NCBI GenBank assembly: GCA_964478905.1
Contig: CAYZJZ010000011.1
Span: 1-17,033, forward strand
DNA from: an uncultured Eubacteriales bacterium
GTDB taxonomy: Bacteria > Bacillota > Clostridia > TANB77 > RGIG9151
Direction of reading: 5' to 3'
Length of the DNA stretch: 17,033 nucleotides
Made by a program: the position numbers and the translations under genes
Notes under the pieces: model-generated
What the model saw: the letters and a program-made list of their open reading frames with translations, nothing else
Database searches by the model: none
Told to the model about the DNA's origin: nothing
Part shown: positions 1-7,520 of the stretch, piece by piece
Numbering within the stretch: position 1 is the first letter of the stretch
How the letters are laid out: each line of letters opens with the position of its first letter

Positions 1-310
1 TATCTTCAGCTAATTTTTTAGCTTTCTCAGCCCTTTCAATATCTATATCCTCCGGCCATTCAGCAGCATCAACAATAGCAGTTACACCTTTTTCAGTTAT
101 TTCAACAAAACCTTCACTAATTGCTGCAAACTTATATACTCCATCTTTAAGAATTTTCAATATTCCAACATCCACAGCAACAACCATCGGCATATGCCCA
201 GCCATAACTCCCATTTCGCCATCCTCACGATTGAAAACAACCATTTCTACCTCATCAGAGAAAAACACTTTTTCAGGAGTTACAACTTCAAATTTAAAAG
301 TTTTAGCCAT
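1..310 (-). CDS. atpC: F1 ATP synthase epsilon subunit, 5' complete, 3' end cut by the window edge
   Basis: Hand translation of the minus strand from the ATG at 310..308 gives MAKTFKFEVVTPEKVFFSDEVEMVVFNREDGEMGVMAGHMPMVVAVDVGILKILKDGVYKFAAISEGFVEITEKGVTAIVDAAEWPEDIDIERAEKAKKLAED. This has a typical epsilon N-terminal beta-sandwich and the start of the C-terminal helices. A purine-rich SD (GGGAGAGGGAAG) lies just upstream, and the gene starts 23 nt after the atpD stop, the canonical position. It is absent from the ORF track because it is truncated. Confidence 0.9.
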   Translation of the reverse strand, partial: MAKTFKFEVVTPEKVFFSDEVEMVVFNREDGEMGVMAGHMPMVVAVDVGILKILKDGVYKFAAISEGFVEITEKGVTAIVDAAEWPEDIDIERAEKAKKLAED

Positions 311-333
311 TGTCTTCCCTCTCCCTAAAACAT

Positions 334-1746
<1,413 letters not shown>

Positions 1747-1820
1747 CTACTACCTTCTTACAAAACTCAAATAGCACCCAACTAACAATGCTGTATAAAT
1801 AACTTACCATCATTGTAGGT

Positions 1821-1836
1821 AGCGGTCTTGACCGCT
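1821..1836 (-). other. GC-rich palindrome / short stem-loop in the atpG-atpD spacer
   Basis: The sequence is AGCGGTC-tt-GACCGCT, with 7-nt perfect arms. As RNA it would realistically form a 5-bp stem with a 6-nt loop. It starts 6 nt after the atpG stop. No U-tract follows on the sense transcript. The motif is conspicuously GC-rich in an AT-rich 117-nt spacer. Confidence 0.4.
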
Positions 1837-1842
1837 CGCCCA

Positions 1843-2709
1843 CTAAACATTCGCCGCACCGCTCACAATTTCAGTAATCTCCTGAGTAATAGCAGATTGT
1901 CGCGCTCTGTTATAATTTAGTGTAAGTTGTTTTATTATCTTTTCAGCATTACTTGTTGCGCTATCCATCGCATTCATTCTTGCTGAATGCTCACTTACAT
2001 AAGATTCAATCAAACCTGAATACAAAATTCCTTTTACATATTTAGAAGCTAAAACATTAAGCACAGTTTCCGGAGTCGGTTCAAGTTCTAGTTTCATAAA
2101 CTCATCACTTTTTTTCTCCGGATTAATAACTTCTTGTTTTTCAAGCGGAAGGAGTTTAATTACTCTAGGTTTTAAACTCAAAGCAGACTCCATCTCCGTA
2201 AAGATAAGATGTAATTCGTCAATCATTCCCAACTTATACATATCAATCAAATGATTGGCAATTTCTTGAGAAACCGAAATATCGTTAATTTCTCCGTTAT
2301 AGCCGAAATCTTGGATAACTTCATATCCTTCTTTTAAGACATGATTTATAACCACATTCCCGATTGGAAATACAACTGAATTTTTCTTATCAATTATACT
2401 ATCCGCCAATTTTATAATATTGTGATTAAATCCACCGTTTAATCCTTTATCAGATGCAACTACTATGTAACCTATTTTCCTATCCTTTTTATTCTCTCTT
2501 TTATCAAAATACACAGTTTCAATATCCGGCATATGTGATAAAATATCAGTCATTGTATCCTGAACTTTCCTAAAAAACGGCATAGTCGCCTCATGCATAA
2601 GCTTTGCTTTCTTAAGCTTAGAGGCAGATATTAACTTCATAGCTTTAGTTATTTTTTTAGTTTCATTAATTCCCTTAATCCTAAGCTTAATCTCACGCGC
2701 ATTAGCCAA
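1843..2709 (-). CDS. atpG: F1 ATP synthase gamma subunit
   Basis: 288 aa. The N-terminus MANAREIKLRIKGINETKKITKAMKLISASKL and the C-terminus NRARQSAITQEITEIVSGA are gamma signatures. The start is TTG (plus-strand caa at 2707..2709), with SD GAGGTGA 5 nt upstream. Confidence 0.95.
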   Translation of the reverse strand: MANAREIKLRIKGINETKKITKAMKLISASKLKKAKLMHEATMPFFRKVQDTMTDILSHMPDIETVYFDKRENKKDRKIGYIVVASDKGLNGGFNHNIIKLADSIIDKKNSVVFPIGNVVINHVLKEGYEVIQDFGYNGEINDISVSQEIANHLIDMYKLGMIDELHLIFTEMESALSLKPRVIKLLPLEKQEVINPEKKSDEFMKLELEPTPETVLNVLASKYVKGILYSGLIESYVSEHSARMNAMDSATSNAEKIIKQLTLNYNRARQSAITQEITEIVSGAANV

Positions 2710-2794
2710 AACTTTTCACCTCACAAATTTTATACTTATAACTCAATTACACTTTCTTCTAATTCAAAAAATTTCAGTCTTGTAGAAGTTTTTA

Positions 2795-3202
2795 CTATCG
2801 GCTTATCAACACTTGATAACAAATCCAAAATAATGTAAATAATATAGTACAAACTAACATATTTATCCCTAAATATATTAATCTTTTGGCAATCTCCTGT
2901 TTACGTATAAACAGTATATATATAACAACAAATATTATTGGGATTATTCCTAACATTAAATACATAATTATTTCCTCTGTATTAATAACATTATCCATAC
3001 TATTTGCATAATATTCTAATGCTTGAATCATAGAAATCTTACTAGCCCCACATCTACCATAACAAGGTTCTTCAAAAACAACTTTATTAAAATAATTATG
3101 GTCTAAAATGCAACTAATAACTATTAATTTACCATTAACTATAAAAACAAAACAAAATATTACTATAATTGCAACTATTATATCGCCAATATACTTCTTC
3201 AT
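2795..3202 (-). CDS. Hypothetical small integral membrane protein (about 3 TM, no family recognised) embedded between atpA and atpG
   Basis: 135-aa ORF with an ATG start. SD AGGTGA lies 6 nt upstream and overlaps the atpA stop codon; the atpA stop to ATG gap is only 10 nt. Three hydrophobic segments are predicted at about aa 6-33, 79-99 and 108-132. A polar loop of about 45 aa between the first two contains C47 and C51. I saw no terminator or convincing promoter in the 85 nt before atpG. I counted about 22% G+C by hand over 2821..3180. Protein-coding status rests only on ORF length, SD and TM pattern. Confidence 0.6.
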   Translation of the reverse strand: MKKYIGDIIVAIIVIFCFVFIVNGKLIVISCILDHNYFNKVVFEEPCYGRCGASKISMIQALEYYANSMDNVINTEEIIMYLMLGIIPIIFVVIYILFIRKQEIAKRLIYLGINMLVCTILFTLFWICYQVLISR

Positions 3203-3212
3203 CCTAAATCAC

Positions 3213-4724
3213 CTACACCTTAAACCAAATTTTAAAATCATCAATAGCCTTTAATAACTTTTCTTCCATCTCAGGTTTCAATTCCTTAGTCTCGGAAATG
3301 GATTGTAAAATCTCAGGGACTTTTTCCTCAATGTGTTTTACCAATCCTGTATTAAATCTTCCAACATCTTTTACTTCTATATCGGATAAATGACCATTTA
3401 CAACCGCATATAAAATTACAACCTGTTTTTCAACCGGCAATGTTAAATACTGTTGTTGTTTTAATGTCTCAACTGTACGTTGTCCTTGCGTTAATTTATC
3501 CTTTGTAAACTTGTCCAAATCCGAACCAAATTGAGCAAATGCAGCAAGTTCTCGGTACTGTGCCAAATCAATTCTTATTCTTCCGGCAAGTTTCTTCATA
3601 GCTTTAATTTGAGCAGAACCACCAACACGAGATACAGAAAGTCCGGCATTAACAGCAGGCCTTTGTCCGGAGAAAAACAACTCACTCTCTAGATAAATCT
3701 GACCATCAGTAATTGAAATAACATTTGTCGGAATATATGCCGAAATATCTCCGGCAAGAGTTTCAATAATCGGTAAAGCGGTAATTGAACCGCCACCATG
3801 CTCCTTATCCATTTTCGCAGCACGTTCAAGTAATCTCGAATGAAGATAGAAAACATCTCCCGGATAAGCTTCACGTCCCGGTGGACGACGAAGTATCAAA
3901 GACATCGCACGATAAGCTTGAGCGTGTTTAGACAAATCATCATACACAATTAAAACATCTTTACCTTTTTCATACATAAAATACTCAGCAATAGCACACC
4001 CTGCATATGGGGCAATGTATTGAGCCGGTGCAAGATCACTTGCGGTAGACGATACAACAATTGTATAATCCATAGCACCATATCTTTTTAAAGTTTCAAC
4101 AACTCCCGCAACAGACGAACCCTTTTGGCCAATTGCAACATATATACAAATAACATCTTGACCTTTTTGGTTAATAATAGTATCAATCGCAATAGCAGTT
4201 TTACCTGTCTGTCTATCTCCTATAATAAGTTCTCTTTGGCCACGGCCAATCGGTACCATAGAATCAATAGCTAAAATTCCGGTTTGTAATGGCTTATTTA
4301 CAGACTCACGTGTCGTAACACCTGGAGCTAAAAATTCAACATCACGATATCCTTCAATTTTATATTCTCCAAGCCCATCAATCGGACGACCAATTGAATC
4401 AATTACTCTACCTATAATTTCTTCACCAACCGGAATGCTAACAGAACGCCCGGTACGACGTGCTTCTGTTCCTTCCTTTACAACTTTGTCTCCGCCAAGC
4501 AAAACGCATCCAACATTATCTTCTTCCAAGTTCATAGCCATTCCCAGAATTCCGTCTCCGAAATCTATAAGTTCTCCACACATACAGTCATCCAAGCCAT
4601 AAACTTTGGCAACACCGTCTCCTGCTTGAATTACATATCCTACTTCATCAGTTTTTATTGTAGTCTCATAATTTTCAATTCGTTTCCTCAATATTTCACT
4701 GATTTCCTCAGGTTTTATCGTCAA
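3213..4724 (-). CDS. atpA: F1 ATP synthase alpha subunit (start revised from the ORF-track 4766)
   Basis: It carries Walker [25 protein letters not shown] and [25 protein letters not shown] at 4724..4722 is preceded by AAGGGGGAG 6 nt upstream. It yields the canonical alpha N-terminus (M)[19 protein letters not shown] and 503 aa. The ATG at 4766 has no SD and adds 14 atypical residues. Confidence 0.96.
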   Translation of the reverse strand: MTIKPEEISEILRKRIENYETTIKTDEVGYVIQAGDGVAKVYGLDDCMCGELIDFGDGILGMAMNLEEDNVGCVLLGGDKVVKEGTEARRTGRSVSIPVGEEIIGRVIDSIGRPIDGLGEYKIEGYRDVEFLAPGVTTRESVNKPLQTGILAIDSMVPIGRGQRELIIGDRQTGKTAIAIDTIINQKGQDVICIYVAIGQKGSSVAGVVETLKRYGAMDYTIVVSSTASDLAPAQYIAPYAGCAIAEYFMYEKGKDVLIVYDDLSKHAQAYRAMSLILRRPPGREAYPGDVFYLHSRLLERAAKMDKEHGGGSITALPIIETLAGDISAYIPTNVISITDGQIYLESELFFSGQRPAVNAGLSVSRVGGSAQIKAMKKLAGRIRIDLAQYRELAAFAQFGSDLDKFTKDKLTQGQRTVETLKQQQYLTLPVEKQVVILYAVVNGHLSDIEVKDVGRFNTGLVKHIEEKVPEILQSISETKELKPEMEEKLLKAIDDFKIWFKV

Positions 4725-4791
4725 CCTAATCTCCCCCTTAGTGCTTATATATCCAATATTTAACATATATTGTATTCAACTTTACATATTC

Positions 4792-4810
4792 AAAACAGCA
4801 AAGCTGTTTC
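4792..4810 (-). other. Intercistronic stem-loop between atpH and atpA
   Basis: The sense RNA reads G-AAACAGC-UUU-GCUGUUU-U: a 7-bp perfect stem plus a closing G.U pair, with a 3-nt loop. It begins 8 nt after the atpH stop. The 3' arm runs into UUUUGAAU, a weak terminator-like tail. Confidence 0.4.
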
Positions 4811-4817
4811 CCAATTA

Positions 4818-5333
4818 CTACAACATATTATTAAGCTGAGTTTTTATTGTTCCATCATACACTTTATTCCCTATTATTACCTTTACTCCGCCAATAACAC
4901 TTTCATCTATAAATTGTTCATAGCTCGCACTCGTCGCATTATAAACTCTTTTATACTTATCAGTTATACCATTAATTTCATCGTCAGTAAGTTTTGTCGC
5001 ACTCACAATTTTCAATTTAATTTCATTATTCTTATTTCTAGCAAGTTCGCTATACTCTTTAGATATACCATCTATGTACTTAATTCTGTTCTTATCAATA
5101 AGTAAACTTATAAAACTTACAAGCATCGGGTTATTATCAACAAAAATTTCTTTCACCACATCAGACTTTACGTGTGGTTCAAGTCTCGGATCAAGCAAAA
5201 TCTTTTTGAATTGTGAATTATTATTAAACATATACGCAATTTCCGCCAAATCCTTATCCGCCTTCAGCTGTTCGTCTTTAGCCTTCAACGCATCCATCAA
5301 AGCAACTGCATACCGCTTCTCTAATGCTGACAT
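4818..5333 (-). CDS. atpH: F1 ATP synthase delta (OSCP) subunit
   Basis: 171 aa. The N-terminus SALEKRYAVALMDA and the C-terminal GGVKVIIGNKVYDGTIKTQL are typical of OSCP/delta. It sits in the canonical position between atpF and atpA. Confidence 0.9.
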   Translation of the reverse strand: MSALEKRYAVALMDALKAKDEQLKADKDLAEIAYMFNNNSQFKKILLDPRLEPHVKSDVVKEIFVDNNPMLVSFISLLIDKNRIKYIDGISKEYSELARNKNNEIKLKIVSATKLTDDEINGITDKYKRVYNATSASYEQFIDESVIGGVKVIIGNKVYDGTIKTQLNNML

Positions 5334-5347
5334 AACCTCATCTCCCT

Positions 5348-5839
5348 CTATGCTACTCCCGAATCAATAAATTCCGAAATAAGCTTTCTATTAGTTTCAT
5401 TATCCATATTTTTCTTAATTACTTTTTCACTCGCAGAAACAACAAGATTTCCAACCTCTTGTTTTAATTCAGCAATAGCTTTATCTTTTTCAACATCAAT
5501 CTCTCGTCTGGCATCTTCAATAATTTTTTGTGCATCCTTCTTAGCAGTATCAATCGCCATAGAATATTCGCTACTTGCTCTATCTCTATATTCTTCAGCA
5601 ATTTTCTTGCCTTCATCTCCGGCACCTTTTAATTTATCTGCATACTCTGCCTTCATATTCTCAACTTCTTCTTTTAGAGAATTAGCAGAATTTATAGCAT
5701 CTTCTATTTTTCCATTTCTGTTATCAATAAAATTCGTAACCGGTTTAAATAAAAGCTTTTTTAATATATAAAACAAAACCAGTAAATTTATTATAGTTAT
5801 AAAAAAATTTGAAAAAAACGCTTCATCAAATTTAAACAT
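5348..5839 (-). CDS. atpF: Fo ATP synthase subunit b
   Basis: 163 aa. It has a single N-terminal TM helix (FFITIINLLVLFYILKKLLFKPV) followed by a long charged helical region rich in A, E and K. It sits in the canonical position after atpE. Confidence 0.9.
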   Translation of the reverse strand: MFKFDEAFFSNFFITIINLLVLFYILKKLLFKPVTNFIDNRNGKIEDAINSANSLKEEVENMKAEYADKLKGAGDEGKKIAEEYRDRASSEYSMAIDTAKKDAQKIIEDARREIDVEKDKAIAELKQEVGNLVVSASEKVIKKNMDNETNRKLISEFIDSGVA

Positions 5840-5869
5840 TATTTACACCCACTTTGAAAAAATCTTTTT

Positions 5870-5896
5870 CGGACAAGGCATATTCCGCCCTGTCCG
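5870..5896 (-). other. Strong stem-loop immediately downstream of atpE (c subunit)
   Basis: The sense RNA reads CGGACAGGGC-GGAAUAU-GCCUUGUCCG: a 10-bp stem with one G.U pair and a 7-nt loop. On the opposite strand that pair would be an A.C mismatch, so folding is better on the transcribed strand. The stem is followed by AAAAAGAUUUUUUC, so the U-tract is not adjacent to it. It starts 13 nt after the atpE stop. Confidence 0.55.
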
Positions 5897-5908
5897 GATA
5901 ATTTTTAA

Positions 5909-6118
5909 CTATTTTACCATAAGCGCTATAACTAAGCCGTAAATAGCTGTAGCTTCAGCCAAAGCCGCACCTAATAATAAAACTGTTTGAATCTTTCCAC
6001 TTGCTTCAGGTTGTCTTGAAACAGCTTCAACAGCCTTACCTGTCGCAATACCGATACCAACACCGGCACCAATACCTGTGAAAACTGCGATTGCAGCCGC
6101 AATTGCTCCTGTTGCCAT
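5909..6118 (-). CDS. atpE: Fo ATP synthase subunit c
   Basis: 69-aa hairpin proteolipid. It has the glycine zipper [13 protein letters not shown], the loop RQPE and the ion-binding carboxylate in [27 protein letters not shown] lies upstream. Confidence 0.95.
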   Translation of the reverse strand: MATGAIAAAIAVFTGIGAGVGIGIATGKAVEAVSRQPEASGKIQTVLLLGAALAEATAIYGLVIALMVK

Positions 6119-6140
6119 TTATTCCACCACCTTTCAAAAA

Positions 6141-6827
6141 TTATTCCTCAACCTCAATAGCCTCAGAGACATAAAGAGTAGTTAAAAGGACAAATACAAA
6201 TGCCTGAAGTCCACCGTCAAACAAATCAAAATATAGACATGCTATCGACGGTACAACAGGAAAATGAATTAACATATGCATTAAAATGTACGCTCCTAAA
6301 ATATTACCAAAAAGTCGCATACATAATGACAACGGTTTTATTATGTATTCAAGTAAATTAAACGGAAACATTATCGGAGTAGGAGCAAACAATGATTTAA
6401 ACCACCCTTTAACGCCTCTATATTTAATACTCGAACCAATAACCAAAATTATAGTCATAATCGCCAACGCTACCGGAATTGAGAAATCTCTTGTTGGCGG
6501 TTTAGCAAAAAACAACGCACCTAACGTATTAGAAAACAATAAATATAATCCCAAAGTTCCGATATATGGTGCAAAAGCTCTATAATGATGCTCTCCCATA
6601 AGACCTTTTACAAAATTATTAACTGTTTCCACAACAATTTCCGCCGAATTTTGTAAACCCGTCGGAACCATCTTCATTTTTCTCGTAGATAAATACGCCC
6701 ATAATATAAGTAACGCCATAATAATCCACGACGTAACTATTACTTCGGTAATTACAATATTAAAAGAAATGCTTGTAAACGGTATAGTAACCGGAATTTT
6801 AGCAAGAACTGCAATTTCTTCATCCAT
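6141..6827 (-). CDS. atpB: Fo ATP synthase subunit a
   Basis: 228-aa polytopic membrane protein. The conserved stator arginine motif is present in LSLCMRLFGNILGAYIL. It is the first gene of the atp cluster. SD AAAGGTGAG lies upstream. Confidence 0.93.
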   Translation of the reverse strand: MDEEIAVLAKIPVTIPFTSISFNIVITEVIVTSWIIMALLILWAYLSTRKMKMVPTGLQNSAEIVVETVNNFVKGLMGEHHYRAFAPYIGTLGLYLLFSNTLGALFFAKPPTRDFSIPVALAIMTIILVIGSSIKYRGVKGWFKSLFAPTPIMFPFNLLEYIIKPLSLCMRLFGNILGAYILMHMLIHFPVVPSIACLYFDLFDGGLQAFVFVLLTTLYVSEAIEVEE

Positions 6828-6854
6828 TTCTCTATCTCACCTTTTCATTAGTAA

Positions 6855-6885
6855 ATTATAAAATTTCACACTAAAGTATCGTCAA
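6855..6885 (-). promoter_or_regulatory. Candidate sigma-A promoter for the atp operon
   Basis: On the minus strand, TTGACG (6885..6880) and TATAAT (6860..6855) are both near-consensus. The spacer is 19 nt, which is longer than optimal. The -10 lies about 28 nt upstream of the atpB ATG. Confidence 0.4.
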
Positions 6886-6937
6886 ATAATTAGAAAACAT
6901 TACATTTTTTCATTATTTTATTTAATTTAAAAACAAA

Positions 6938-7411
6938 TTACATTCTGCCTTTTAATATGTCAAACGGAGACACTTTAATTTCCTCTTTACATTCGCACTT
7001 TTCAAAATTCAAATTCTTTCCGCATCTTGTGCAAACGCCTTTACAATCTTCTTTACATAAAAATCTAACAGGAAGTTTAAGTCTTAGATTATCTAAAATC
7101 ATCTCATCCAGCTCAATTTCATCTCCCGTCAGTAAATATTCGTCCTCAGTCGGTTCTCTCCTATAAACCTCATTAACCTCTATTTCATCGCAACGACTAA
7201 ACTCTGTTCCGCATAAATGGCAAAAAGTCGAATACTCTAAACTTATTTTCCCATTTACTTCAATAAAATCATCACCTTTTTTTAAAACTCCTTCAAAAGA
7301 AACAGGTTTTAGCATTTTTAATTCATCGCCATTATTCATAAAACTCTCAAGTTCCATTTCGTCTTTGAACTCTGTTCCAACTTCCGATATTTTTTTAATA
7401 AATATTTTCAT
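6938..7411 (-). CDS. DUF177 / YceD (YlbN)-family protein (start revised from the ORF-track 7450)
   Basis: Cys motifs are typical of COG1399/DUF177: CHLCG, and near the C-terminus CKEDCKGVCTRCGKNLNFEKCEC followed by SPFDILK. The ATG at 7411..7409 has a perfect GGAGG (7423..7419) 7 nt upstream. The ATG at 7450 has no SD. Confidence 0.8.
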   Translation of the reverse strand: MKIFIKKISEVGTEFKDEMELESFMNNGDELKMLKPVSFEGVLKKGDDFIEVNGKISLEYSTFCHLCGTEFSRCDEIEVNEVYRREPTEDEYLLTGDEIELDEMILDNLRLKLPVRFLCKEDCKGVCTRCGKNLNFEKCECKEEIKVSPFDILKGRM

Positions 7412-7465
7412 ACTAATTCCTCCAAACATTTTTTCTACATAAAAATCCATTTCACTTACTACACC

Positions 7466-7515
7466 AAAAAGGGTTGCAAGAAAACTCTTTTATCATAAGT
7501 TTTCTCACAGACCCT
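7466..7515 (-). terminator. Candidate intrinsic terminator after the Lon-like gene
   Basis: The sense RNA reads AGGGU-cugug-AGAAAACU-uaugauaaaag-AGUUUUCU-ugca-ACCCU-UUUUGG. This is a bipartite stem (5 bp + 8 bp) followed by a U-run. The stem is AT-rich and the U-tract is short, so it is probably a weak terminator. Confidence 0.45.
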
Positions 7516-7520
7516 AATCT

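Noticed and set aside
2710-2794. Terminator or promoter between the inserted ORF and atpG.
   Set aside because: Only a 6-bp AT-rich inverted repeat (CTTCTA..TAGAAG) with a 23-nt loop is present, and no U-tract. The promoter-like hexamers have 21-nt spacing. Neither is convincing.
4725-4766. ORF-track N-terminal extensions of atpA (to 4766), mutL (to 13141), DUF177 (to 7450) and the response regulator (GTG at 15778).
   Set aside because: The upstream starts lack an SD. The downstream starts have strong SDs at 6-7 nt and reproduce the canonical family N-termini. For mutL, the upstream ATG overlaps a candidate -10 box.
5909-6118. Possible Na+-coupled c subunit.
   Set aside because: I compared it with the Ilyobacter/Propionigenium Na+ motif (Gln in helix 1 in GVGQG, and Glu-Ser in helix 2 in AES). 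This protein has GVGIG and AEAT, so both the Gln and the Ser are missing. This points to an ordinary H+-coupled enzyme.
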